Shown: positions 1 through 8,337 of the stretch, piece after piece
Numbering within the stretch: position 1 is the first letter of the stretch
How the letters are laid out: each line of letters starts with the position of its first letter
Assembly: GCA_009920665.1 (NCBI GenBank)
Contig: RFZL01000004.1
Span: 2,776 to 66,775, forward strand
Direction: 5' to 3'
From: Alphaproteobacteria bacterium
Lineage (GTDB): Bacteria > Pseudomonadota > Alphaproteobacteria > Puniceispirillales > Puniceispirillaceae
Length of the DNA: 64,000 nt
Notes under the pieces: generated by a model
Databases searched by the model: none
What the model saw: the letters and a program-made list of their open reading frames with translations, nothing else
What the model was told of the DNA's origin: nothing
Position numbers and translations under genes: made by a program

Positions 1-768
1 GGCCAGCGTTCTACCAAATTCGGTGTCTCGACAGCGCAGAACGAGGCCGCCAACCTCTATCGCCGGATTGCCGGTGACCCGCATATCCGGCCAGCTGGCC
101 TGGCGGTTCATATCGGCTCGCAGATACTTGATCTCGAACCGTTCGAACGCGCCTATACGGCGCTTCTTGATTTCGGCGCCACGCTGCGCGGCGAAGGGAT
201 GCCGGTGCCGACACTCGACCTTGGCGGCGGCATCGGCGTCGATTACGAGGCCGGCACCGCAACCGATTTCACCGCCTATGGCACCTTGGTCAGCCGCATC
301 TTTGCCGATAGCGGGTTCCAGCTCGGATTCGAGCCGGGACGGTCGATTGTCGCCAATAATGGCGCGCTTCTGACCCGCGTGATCTATCTGAAGGATGGCG
401 ACAACAAGCGTTTCGTCATCGTCGATGCGGCGATGAACGACCTGCTGCGCCCGACCCTTTATGAGGCGCATCACGCGGTACTGCCATTGGCCCCGGCTGG
501 CCCGGAGGAAGGCCCGGCGGATATTGTCGGCCCGGTCTGCGAGACCGGCGATTATCTGGCGCAGGACCGGATGATGCCGGCGCTCGCCGAGGGTGACGGG
601 CTGGCGGTGATGTCGGCCGGCGCCTATGGCGCGGTCATGGCCTCGAGCTATAATTCGCGCCCACCCGCCGGCGAGGTAATGGTTCTTGACGGCACGTGCC
701 ATGTGCTGCGGCGGCAACGTGACATTACAGAATTGCTGGCCGAGGAAACCATTCCCGCCCTGTCCTGA
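1..768 (+). CDS. lysA: diaminopimelate decarboxylase, C-terminal part (5' end outside window)
   Basis: Frame 1 is open from the window edge. The translation (...KFGVSTAQ...VHIGSQI...LDLGGGIGVDY...GPVCETGD...MSAGAYG...) matches PLP-dependent DAP decarboxylase. Confidence 0.9.
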   Translation, partial: GQRSTKFGVSTAQNEAANLYRRIAGDPHIRPAGLAVHIGSQILDLEPFERAYTALLDFGATLRGEGMPVPTLDLGGGIGVDYEAGTATDFTAYGTLVSRIFADSGFQLGFEPGRSIVANNGALLTRVIYLKDGDNKRFVIVDAAMNDLLRPTLYEAHHAVLPLAPAGPEEGPADIVGPVCETGDYLAQDRMMPALAEGDGLAVMSAGAYGAVMASSYNSRPPAGEVMVLDGTCHVLRRQRDITELLAEETIPALS

Positions 769-804
769 AACGCCGCGCCGGGTCTGTGAATGACCACGCC
801 CTGT

Positions 805-1401
805 TTAGGGCCTCACCACCGGATCATCACGCATGGTCACGGTGACAGTCGGCTCGTTGCTGGCCTCGAAGACAAGCTGCGTGAAAAACCCGCTTGCCAT
901 CGCCGGCCGGATCACGGCGTCATCCGGGCGGAGGATGCGGCTGGCCAGCGGCTCGCCGGACTCGGATACCACCCTGACCTCGAGAAGCGGGGCATGCGCG
1001 AAAAAGGCGGCATTGTTCTGCAAACGGCCGCTCAACCTCATGGTGTCACCGGCATAATCGGCCTTCAGATCGACAATGCGGAGATGCTCGGTGTCCGGGC
1101 GAACCGAAAGGCCGATCTGCTCGAACGCGCCGATCAGGCCCGGCGCGTAGGCGGTGATGGTCGCCCGCTCGACAATCACGCCGACGATGCTGCCAAGCAG
1201 CAGCAGCATGACAAGGAACGATCCGAGGACCGTGCGCAGGGCGCTGGCCATCTCTCCCGGCTCGGCTTCCTCGACCAGCATCGGCGGCACGGCCTGCCAG
1301 ACATGCGCACAGACCGAACAGCGGACAGCCTGTCCGGCCTCGCCGATCTTCTCGCCATCGACCCGGAAAACCGTGTCACAGTTCGGGCAGGTCAGAAGCA
1401 T
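805..1401 (-). CDS. MJ0042-type zinc-ribbon membrane protein (DUF3426-like C-terminus)
   Basis: N-terminus MLLTCPNCDTVFRV...RCSVCAHVW has two CxxC pairs, followed by one hydrophobic helix (VLGSFLVMLLLLGSIVGVIV). Start ATG at 1401 is preceded by AGGAGA about 8 nt upstream. The longer track ORF to 1488 has no such support. Confidence 0.7.
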   Translation of the reverse strand: MLLTCPNCDTVFRVDGEKIGEAGQAVRCSVCAHVWQAVPPMLVEEAEPGEMASALRTVLGSFLVMLLLLGSIVGVIVERATITAYAPGLIGAFEQIGLSVRPDTEHLRIVDLKADYAGDTMRLSGRLQNNAAFFAHAPLLEVRVVSESGEPLASRILRPDDAVIRPAMASGFFTQLVFEASNEPTVTVTMRDDPVVRP

Positions 1402-1558
1402 TGACCCGTCTCTCCTTCTCATGCCTTCAATCTCGATACACCAAAGCCGGCCTTTCGGAAAGCCCGGCATCGGCACATGTGCGGTCATTCCGGCTGATTA
1501 TGCCGGCCCGTCATTTTGCGCCGGCGGCCACCACAGAATGTGCTAGACTATTGTCATT

Positions 1559-2230
1559 ATGCGGAAAGGCCGGTCTGTCATGGGCGGTCGAAACGGATCC
1601 GGAACGGCGAGGGCCACACCCTTGATGACGGCAATTGACCACGCGATATCCCGGCGGACGGCAAAATATCTTGCCCTCTATCTGGTGCTGGCCTTTGCAT
1701 CCTTTATCGCCGGCCTGCAGCATTTTGTGCTGACACTTCCCCAGACACCGCAGGGCAAGCTGCAATTCACTGACGGGATCGTCGTGATGACCGGCGGGCA
1801 GCAGCGTCTTGATGACGGGCTGCGTCTTCTCACCGACCAGAAACGCGGAAAAATGCTGATCTCCGGCGTTGGTGAGGGTGTTAGCCGGGCGGTGCTGGTG
1901 CAGGAACTCGGGCTTGATGATCGCGCGGCGGAATTGCTGTTCTGCTGCGTCGAGCTGGATTTCGAGGCCAACAACACGCGCGGCAACGCCATCGCGGCGC
2001 GTGCCTGGGCACTCCGTCACAGCATGTACTCGCTACGGCTTGTGACAGCCAGCTATCATATGCCAAGGGCGTTATTGGTCTTCGCCCGTGAAATGCCCGA
2101 ATTCGACCTGTATCAATGGCCGGTGACGCCAGCCGATCTGAACATCTCCGGCTGGTGGCGGGACCGCGCGATGATACGGTTGCTGACCCGCGAATATGCG
2201 AAATATCTGGCGGAAACAATTCGAATCTGA
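1559..2230 (+). CDS. DUF218 / YdcF (ElyC/SanA-like) family membrane protein
   Basis: N-terminal TM helix, then GIVVMTGGQQRLDDGLRLL...MLISGV...NTRGNA...LRLVTASYHMPRA, typical of the DUF218 fold. The exact start among several in-frame Met codons is uncertain. Confidence 0.7.
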   Translation: MRKGRSVMGGRNGSGTARATPLMTAIDHAISRRTAKYLALYLVLAFASFIAGLQHFVLTLPQTPQGKLQFTDGIVVMTGGQQRLDDGLRLLTDQKRGKMLISGVGEGVSRAVLVQELGLDDRAAELLFCCVELDFEANNTRGNAIAARAWALRHSMYSLRLVTASYHMPRALLVFAREMPEFDLYQWPVTPADLNISGWWRDRAMIRLLTREYAKYLAETIRI

Positions 2231-2233
2231 ATC

Positions 2234-2278
2234 TGGCCCGGTCTGAAAATGGCCCGGTCTGAAAATGGCCCGGTCTGA
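2234..2278. repeat. 16-nt tandem repeat, 2.8 copies (tggcccggtctgaaaa)
   Basis: Exact copies at 2234-2249 and 2250-2265, plus a 13-nt partial at 2266-2278. It lies in the spacer between the convergent DUF218 and tyrC genes. Confidence 0.95.
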
Positions 2279-2330
2279 TCTGAAGCTGAACAGCGATGGT
2301 CAATATCGTGGGCGGAGTCGGATTCCGGCC

Positions 2331-3209
2331 CTAGCTCTGACCTGCATCGATGATCGAACGGCGGATCTCGCGGGTGCGATGGAACAGGCTTTCAAGCTTG
2401 TCCGTCTCGCCCCACCGGATGGCCCGCTGCAGATCCGACAGATCCTCGGAAAAGCGCTGCAGCATCTCCAGCACCGCCTCGTCATTGTTGATGAAGACAT
2501 CGCGCCACATCACCGGATCGGAGGCGGCAAGCCGCGTGAAGTCACGAAAGCCGGACGCCGAGAACCTGATCACGTCATTCTTCAGCTGGCTTTCCAGATT
2601 GACCGCCGTGCTGACAATCGTATAGGCGATCAGGTGCGGCAGGTGCGATGTCAGCGCCAGCACCTTGTCGTGATAATCGGCATCCATGCGCTCGGCGACG
2701 GCGCCGATGGCGGTGACAAAGCTTTCGAACCGCGCCACCTCGGCCTCCGGCACGCCACCCGGCAGGATCAGCCAGTAGCGCCCGTTGAAAAGGTCGGGAA
2801 ATCCGGCCGCCGGGCCGGAATGTTCAGTGCCGGCAAGCGGATGCGAGGGGATCCAGTGAATGTCATCACCGACATGCGGTGTCACATCCCGGATGACCGA
2901 CCGCTTGGTCGATCCGGTATCCGTCAGCACGGCGCCGGGCTTCATCGCCGGAATGATCCGCTCCGCCAACGCGCCAATGGCACCAACCGGCACCGACATC
3001 ACGACCAGATCGGCATCGGCGACAGCCGCAACAGCGTCGGTGGTGAAACTGTCGGCGAGCCCGAGGCGTTTCACCTCCGGCGCCACATCGGCATCACTGT
3101 CGCACCCGACGATATGGCCGACAACACCGGCACGGCGGGCGGCCAGTGCCACCGACGATCCGATGAGACCGATCCCGATGACCGCCACCCTGCTATAGAT
3201 CTCTGTCAT
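2331..3209 (-). CDS. tyrC: prephenate/arogenate dehydrogenase
   Basis: Rossmann motif VAVIGIGLIGSS, catalytic region IPSHPLAGTEHSGP, and a C-terminal dimerisation domain (HDKVLALTSHLPHLIAY...RLAASDPVMW). Confidence 0.85.
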   Translation of the reverse strand: MTEIYSRVAVIGIGLIGSSVALAARRAGVVGHIVGCDSDADVAPEVKRLGLADSFTTDAVAAVADADLVVMSVPVGAIGALAERIIPAMKPGAVLTDTGSTKRSVIRDVTPHVGDDIHWIPSHPLAGTEHSGPAAGFPDLFNGRYWLILPGGVPEAEVARFESFVTAIGAVAERMDADYHDKVLALTSHLPHLIAYTIVSTAVNLESQLKNDVIRFSASGFRDFTRLAASDPVMWRDVFINNDEAVLEMLQRFSEDLSDLQRAIRWGETDKLESLFHRTREIRRSIIDAGQS

Positions 3210-3886
3210 GGCTGTTCCTGGTCGGGGGGTGCGGCAATCACGCCGACGACCCGATGTTTATCCGTAATGCCGGCAACCGGCGCCTCGATGCGGCCCGGCA
3301 TTCTGTCGAGGACAGCACCATCATCACCCTGGCGGGCAACAAGTGTCATTTCGCTCTCGACCGGGTCCGCCGGGTCACGGCCGATCATCCAGGTTAGCGG
3401 CAAGGAATCCGACCGGTAGGGCGGCGTGCTGGCAATCAGGTGATAGCCCGTATCGGCCAGCAGCCATGAAGCCATTTCCGCCTCGCAGCTCTCCGGCACC
3501 AGCGCAAGACCGACCCCGGCATCAAGCTGCGATCTGACAGCGTCGAGGTCGGCGCATTCACGGATCGTGACCAGACCACCGAAATGCCAGCCCGCGACCG
3601 CCATTGCCTGCGCATGGACGGCCACCTCCAGCGAATTATCCTGCAGGGCCGTGCTTGCCGTCATCAGCTGGCGCCAGACATTCGCCACCAGCTGGCGCGG
3701 CAAATCGGGCGCGGCAGCCGCAAGCCGTTCGATCACCGCCGCCTCGCGTCCCGGCCGATAGGCCACGCCACCCTGCTTTGCCGCGATGATGTCGCCGGCA
3801 AGCGTCATGCGGCGGCGCACCAGCGCCAGGATGTCATCATCCAGCCGGTTGATGGTCGCTCGCAGATCATTCAGATGGTCGGTCAT
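3206..3886 (-). CDS. chorismate mutase (AroQ-type N-terminal domain) with about 130-aa unassigned C-terminal domain
   Basis: N-terminus LNDLRATINRLDDDILALVRRRMTLAGDIIAAKQ...YRPGREAAVIERL is a classic AroQ helix bundle. Its stop overlaps the tyrC start (ATGA at 3206-3209). Confidence 0.7.
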   Translation of the reverse strand: MTDHLNDLRATINRLDDDILALVRRRMTLAGDIIAAKQGGVAYRPGREAAVIERLAAAAPDLPRQLVANVWRQLMTASTALQDNSLEVAVHAQAMAVAGWHFGGLVTIRECADLDAVRSQLDAGVGLALVPESCEAEMASWLLADTGYHLIASTPPYRSDSLPLTWMIGRDPADPVESEMTLVARQGDDGAVLDRMPGRIEAPVAGITDKHRVVGVIAAPPDQEQP

Positions 3887-4060
3887 AAGTCAGGCAATAA
3901 CATGGTACAGGACGGGGTGGCACACCACATCACCGGCCGGGCTCGTCTCCGGTTCTGTCGCGCCTCAGCCTCTATAGCAGACAGACTGCCGCCGGTGCCA
4001 GATAATCGTGAAGGCATGACGGGGTGCCCGATCATGATGAGGACGACAAGCCGGGGCCTG

Positions 4061-4807
4061 TTAGTCCGTCCCCTCACGGATCGCGCCGGTCGGGCGCGGT
4101 GCAAGTTTGCGTGCAATCGCGGATTTCGCGGTGCGCTGGCGGCCGGTCTGCCCGGCCGGCGCATAGAGATTCTTTTCGGCCTCGATCACCAGAACGCCGC
4201 CGATACCGGGGGACCAGTTCCGGCCAAGCCGTTCGATCTGCGGGCCCATTCTGAGAAACAGGCCGGGCGCTGCCGGTGGGGTGAACAGGATTGTCCGTGC
4301 CTCGACCGGGGTGAAGCCATGTTCCAGGAGAAGGTGCCTTAGCTGGCCACGCGAATAGGGCCGGCCATGGCCGAATGGCGTCTTCTCGGCGCGCGCCCAG
4401 AGGCCGTTGCGGTTCGGCACCATCACCATCAGCCGCCCCGACCCGTCAAGAACACGCCAGCATTCATCAAGGAGGCGGCTGGGATTCGGATCGAACTCCA
4501 ATGCGTGAAGCAACAGCAGCCGGTCGAGTTGCACGTTCTGGACCGGCAGCGCGCGGCTGTCGACAAGCGCCGTCCGAACAGCCCCCTTTTTCGGCCATCG
4601 GCGCGGGCCTAGCCGCATCGGCATCAGCGCCAGTGCGCGTAGTTGATCCTCGGACCTGAAGACCGGCGGCGCATAGCCGAGCGCCGCGTTGCAGGCATTC
4701 GGGGCCCGGTTCCAGAAATTGGCAAGGGCGCGGCGCAGCCGCATCGCGACGTGACGGCCCTGGCGTGTCCGGTAATAGTCACGAAGCAGATCGGCATCCT
4801 CGAACAT
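4061..4807 (-). CDS. class I SAM-dependent methyltransferase-like protein (type 11 family)
   Basis: The central region ...LDRLLLLHALEFDPNPSRLLDECWRVLDGSGRLMVMVPN... matches motif post-II/III of Methyltransf_11 proteins. Motif I looks degenerate (ALGYAPP), so the call is tentative. Confidence 0.55.
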   Translation of the reverse strand: MFEDADLLRDYYRTRQGRHVAMRLRRALANFWNRAPNACNAALGYAPPVFRSEDQLRALALMPMRLGPRRWPKKGAVRTALVDSRALPVQNVQLDRLLLLHALEFDPNPSRLLDECWRVLDGSGRLMVMVPNRNGLWARAEKTPFGHGRPYSRGQLRHLLLEHGFTPVEARTILFTPPAAPGLFLRMGPQIERLGRNWSPGIGGVLVIEAEKNLYAPAGQTGRQRTAKSAIARKLAPRPTGAIREGTD

Positions 4808-4810
4808 CGC

Positions 4811-5167
4811 TCAGCCCATGTTCGACAGTTCATAGGCGATCTGCCGGCAATCCTCATACGCCTCCGGCTTGGCGGTTCGCACCCGCACCGCCGTCACACC
4901 GGCAAGCGCCAACAACGAATCGAAGATCCGGCGTGCCAGCGTTTCCTGAAGATCGAAATGCCGCGATGTCGCGATATCGAGGATTGTGCTGCGGATCATA
5001 TCGTAATTCAGCGCATCCTCCAGCCGGTCGGTTGTCGGCTCGCTTTCATCCGCCAGCAGAATCTCGGCATCGATCACCACCCGTTGCGGTGCCAGCCTTT
5101 CATGATCATAGGCGCCGATGCGGCAGGCGCATTCAAGCCCCTCGAGAAGAAAGCGGCGATGCAGCAT
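4811..5167 (-). CDS. folB: dihydroneopterin aldolase
   Basis: About 118 aa with ...CRIGAYDHERLAPQRVVIDAEI...LNYDMIRSTI...HFDLQETLA..., typical of FolB. ATG at 5167 has GGAGGG 10 nt upstream. An alternative GTG at 5191 overlaps the upstream stop. Confidence 0.75.
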   Translation of the reverse strand: MLHRRFLLEGLECACRIGAYDHERLAPQRVVIDAEILLADESEPTTDRLEDALNYDMIRSTILDIATSRHFDLQETLARRIFDSLLALAGVTAVRVRTAKPEAYEDCRQIAYELSNMG

Positions 5168-5187
5168 GATCGGATGTCCCTCCTGCC

Positions 5188-6141
5188 TCACTGAAGTGTT
5201 GCGGCAATCCAGTCTGGCGTGATTCCACAGGCCTCGATCATATCATGCGCGCCGCCATCACAGAACAGCCCATAGCCTGTCAGCAGCACCGCCTGCAGGC
5301 CGGCCGCACGCGCGCCAAGAATATCGGTGTGAAGCGAATCACCGACCATCGCGACCCGGCCACGGTCGAATGGCCGGCCATAAACCTGTTCCAGCCGACC
5401 AAGGACAAGATCGAAAGCGGCGGCGTGCGGCTTGCCATACCAGCGCGGCACAATGCCGGTGGCCTGCATCGCCCGCACCGCCCAATAGCCCGGCTCGGCC
5501 GAGAAAGCTCCCCCCAGCGGGGCGCTGATATCAGGATTGCCGACAAGCAGATCACACCCGCCCCGCGCCAGCGCGCCCTCAAGCGCAGTCTGAAGCCTGT
5601 CATTCCAATCGGCTGAGCCGAGAAAGGCAAAGCACCGGGCATGTTCGAACAGCTCCGGATCAGCGGCAAACGTGACCTCGCTGCCGATACCAAGCGGCCG
5701 CGCCGCCGGGCCAAGCGGGGCCACCATCCGCCCGGCGGCCACCGCCGGCAACGCCGCCTCCAGCGCATCGCGGCTCGACACCACCTGCTGGCGCATGATC
5801 GGCAGCCCCCAGTCACGATATTTGGCCCAGCTCGCCTCCGCTCCCTGGCCAGCACCATTTGTCAGCACCATCACCGCGATATCGCGTGCCGCCGCTGTCT
5901 GCAGCAGATCATGGATGCCGTCGATCACGCTGGCGCCGACATTGATCACACCGAAACCGTCGAGAATCAGCGCATCGACATGCGGCAGAATATCGACAAG
6001 GCGGTCAACCTGGCGGGTCGGGACCGGCGGCGGCACAGCCGGCGGCATATGCGGGCGCAGCATCTCATACATGGCGATAACATCGTCCAGCGCGATGGCA
6101 TCCGGCGCCGGAATGCACAGGCCGGCAAGCGAAACGGTCAT
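5188..6141 (-). CDS. HAD superfamily subfamily IIA hydrolase (TIGR01459-like)
   Basis: Motifs ALILDGFGVINVG (motif I), VLTNG, YGKPH and MVGDSLHTDILGA. ATG at 6141 is preceded by GAGGA. The track ORF starts at GTG 6186. Confidence 0.7.
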   Translation of the reverse strand: MTVSLAGLCIPAPDAIALDDVIAMYEMLRPHMPPAVPPPVPTRQVDRLVDILPHVDALILDGFGVINVGASVIDGIHDLLQTAAARDIAVMVLTNGAGQGAEASWAKYRDWGLPIMRQQVVSSRDALEAALPAVAAGRMVAPLGPAARPLGIGSEVTFAADPELFEHARCFAFLGSADWNDRLQTALEGALARGGCDLLVGNPDISAPLGGAFSAEPGYWAVRAMQATGIVPRWYGKPHAAAFDLVLGRLEQVYGRPFDRGRVAMVGDSLHTDILGARAAGLQAVLLTGYGLFCDGGAHDMIEACGITPDWIAATLQ

Positions 6142-6189
6142 GAAATCCTCGGCATTGTCGTCTTGGCAAATATTGTCAGGATGCACGGG

Positions 6190-6690
6190 TCAGGACAGCC
6201 GCGCCGCGGTGATGAACTCCCCGAAAGCCTCGCACCATATCAGCAACGCCGGGAAATCGCCAACCTCGACACCGGACGGCACGGCTAGGTCGAAATTGGT
6301 GAAGGCCCTGACCGGCCCGATATCGACCGACCGCGCCTTGATGTCAAGGAACGCGGCCTCGTCCTCGGCAAATTCCGGCGTCAGATAGAGCCGGTAATCC
6401 GGACCCGGCGCGATTCGCCCGTCAAGCCAGATCCGTTGCCGGCTGACATGGACAACCCCCTCGCCCCAATGGAAAGCATCGGATCCGGCAAGGTCACGGG
6501 CGAAGGTGCCACGCCGCTCGGCGGTGGTCTCGCGCTGTGCCAGCGCGGCATTGTCCAACCCCTTCTCGGCCGTCAGGATCGGCAGGAAATAGACACCAAG
6601 CGCGAAGCCGACCAGCAGTCCGGCGCCGAATTTCGCCGCACCGAACAGGATGATGTGCCGCCGCGCGACATCGAGGAGGGATGTGATCAT
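6190..6690 (-). CDS. membrane-anchored DM13-like domain protein
   Basis: N-terminal TM helix (IILFGAAKFGAGLLVGFALGVYFLPIL), then HWGEGVVHV...GPDYRLYL..., resembling DM13 beta-sandwich proteins. Start ATG at 6690. Confidence 0.45.
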   Translation of the reverse strand: MITSLLDVARRHIILFGAAKFGAGLLVGFALGVYFLPILTAEKGLDNAALAQRETTAERRGTFARDLAGSDAFHWGEGVVHVSRQRIWLDGRIAPGPDYRLYLTPEFAEDEAAFLDIKARSVDIGPVRAFTNFDLAVPSGVEVGDFPALLIWCEAFGEFITAARLS

Positions 6691-6904
6691 GAAGGGAAAG
6701 CTCCGGTAATTGCCGATGACCTGTCGAAAATGGTGCACGGCCGAAGATGGAGTGCGGTCGAAGATGGCGCGTGATTGCAGTCGCCGATTCCATATGCCAG
6801 CATCCATGGCATGATAACCGATGCGGCGGCAGCGTGGCAGCCCCTGTTCCTGCCTGCGACATCACGATTGCGCGCGCGTGCCGCGGCGCGCAGGGGAGGC
6901 GCTG

Positions 6905-8125
6905 ATGCGGCTTGACTCACTGGAGACATTCATTGTCGGCACACCACCGCCCGGTTTTGGTGGCCGCTATTTCATCTTCGTGCGGCTGACAACGTCCTGC
7001 GGGATCACCGGCATTGGCGAGATCTACGCCGCCAGCTTTGCCCCGCACGTTGTCTGCCGAATGGCCGAGGATATGTTCCAACGCTATCTCGAAGGCATGC
7101 CGCCCGACCGGATCGAACATTTCTGGCGGCGCGCGCATGGCTCGGGCTTCACCCATCGCCCCGACACCTCGGTCCAGGGGGTGGTGAGCGGGCTGGAAAT
7201 GGCCTGCTGGGACATCGTCGGCAAGGCACTCGACAGGCCGGTATATGCGCTTCTTGGCGGGTTGGTGAATGACCGCCTGCGGACCTACACCTATCTGTAT
7301 CCGGGCGAAGATCAGGTGGCGTCCGATTTCTATAATGACCCGCTGGCCAGCGCCGAGGCAGCGGCGGCGCGTGTCGCCGAGGGCTTCACCGCCGTCAAGT
7401 TCGACCCGGCAGGCCAATACACCGTATATGACGGGCGCATGCCCGATCTTGAGGCGCTCGACCGGAGCGAGACCTTCTGCCGCGAGCTCCGCGCCGCCAT
7501 CGGTGACCGCGCCGACCTGCTGTTCGGAACGCACGGCCAGTTCACCGCCGCCGGCGCGCTGCGGCTGGCGCAGCGGATCGAGGCCTATGACCCGCTCTGG
7601 TTCGAGGAGCCCTGCCCCCCCGACATGCCGGAGGAAATGGCGAAGGTGGCCGCCGGCACCTCGGTGCCGGTGGCGACAGGCGAGAGGCTGTGCAGCAAAT
7701 TCGAATTCGCCCGCGTCCTGGAATGCGGGGCGGCGGCGATCCTGCAGCCGGACCTTGGCCGGGCCGGCGGAATCCTCGAGGGTAAGAAGATCGCCGCGAT
7801 GGCGGAAACGCGTTATGTCCAGATCGCACCGCATCTCTATTGCGGGCCGGTCGTCGCCGCCGCCAACATCCAGCTTGCGGCCTGCATTCCGAATTTCCTG
7901 ATCCTCGAATCGATCGGCAAGATGGACGGATTTCACGCAGAACTGCTGAAGCGGCCGCTGCAATGGGAGGATGGCTATATCATCCCGCCAACGGCACCGG
8001 GACTGGGAATAGAGCTTGATGATGCCGTCGTCGCGGCGCATCCCTGGACCGGTGACAGGCTGCATCTCGAGATGGGCGATGCCCCGCACGACCCGAAACG
8101 GCACGGTCCTTTTGGCGGCGGCTGA
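6905..8125 (+). CDS. enolase-superfamily enzyme (mandelate racemase/muconate lactonizing family, galactonate-dehydratase-like)
   Basis: Alignable by eye with DgoD-type proteins: GIGEIY...SGLEMACWDIVGK...PVYALLGG...FEEP...ATGERL...ILQPDLGRAGGI...APH. ATG at 6905 is preceded by GGGGAGG. Confidence 0.8.
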   Translation: MRLDSLETFIVGTPPPGFGGRYFIFVRLTTSCGITGIGEIYAASFAPHVVCRMAEDMFQRYLEGMPPDRIEHFWRRAHGSGFTHRPDTSVQGVVSGLEMACWDIVGKALDRPVYALLGGLVNDRLRTYTYLYPGEDQVASDFYNDPLASAEAAAARVAEGFTAVKFDPAGQYTVYDGRMPDLEALDRSETFCRELRAAIGDRADLLFGTHGQFTAAGALRLAQRIEAYDPLWFEEPCPPDMPEEMAKVAAGTSVPVATGERLCSKFEFARVLECGAAAILQPDLGRAGGILEGKKIAAMAETRYVQIAPHLYCGPVVAAANIQLAACIPNFLILESIGKMDGFHAELLKRPLQWEDGYIIPPTAPGLGIELDDAVVAAHPWTGDRLHLEMGDAPHDPKRHGPFGGG

Positions 8126-8178
8126 ACCGGCGCCGGACTATGGCCTGAAAGGCCGGTCGAAATCCGCCTGAAATCCTT

Positions 8179-8213
8179 GCAGGGACGGGGGCAGGGACGG
8201 GGGCAGGACGGGG
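8179..8213 (+). repeat. G-rich 12-nt tandem repeat (gcagggacgggg x about 2.9) forming a G-quadruplex motif
   Basis: GGG-AC-GGGGG-CA-GGG-AC-GGGGG-CA-GG-AC-GGGG is read directly from the sequence. It ends 12 nt upstream of the -35 box of the rplU promoter. Confidence 0.9.
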
Positions 8214-8224
8214 CGATTGCGGTC

Positions 8225-8252
8225 TTGACAGCGGCGCATCGAGGCGTATATT
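8225..8252 (+). promoter_or_regulatory. sigma70-type promoter of rplU-rpmA
   Basis: TTGACA (8225-8230), a 16-nt spacer, then TATATT (8247-8252). This is near-consensus and sits about 170 nt upstream of the rplU start. Confidence 0.55.
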
Positions 8253-8303
8253 CCACCGCAATCCGCTTTGGGGTTCCAGAGCGGTATGTTTTTGTTTTCC
8301 ACC

Positions 8304-8337
8304 CGGGTAATGACAGCTGGCGGGTAATGACAGCTGG
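8304..8337 (+). repeat. exact 17-nt tandem duplication (cgggtaatgacagctgg x2) in rplU 5' leader
   Basis: Copies at 8304-8320 and 8321-8337 are identical. Each contains the palindrome CAGCTG. Confidence 0.95.

Noticed and set aside
2234-2278. A possible CRISPR array or other spaced repeats; the tandem repeats at 8304-8337, 18028-18084 and 25371-25406 were also considered.
   Set aside because: The units are 12-17 nt and directly abutting with no spacers. There are only 2-3.5 copies and no cas genes. They are simple tandem duplications.
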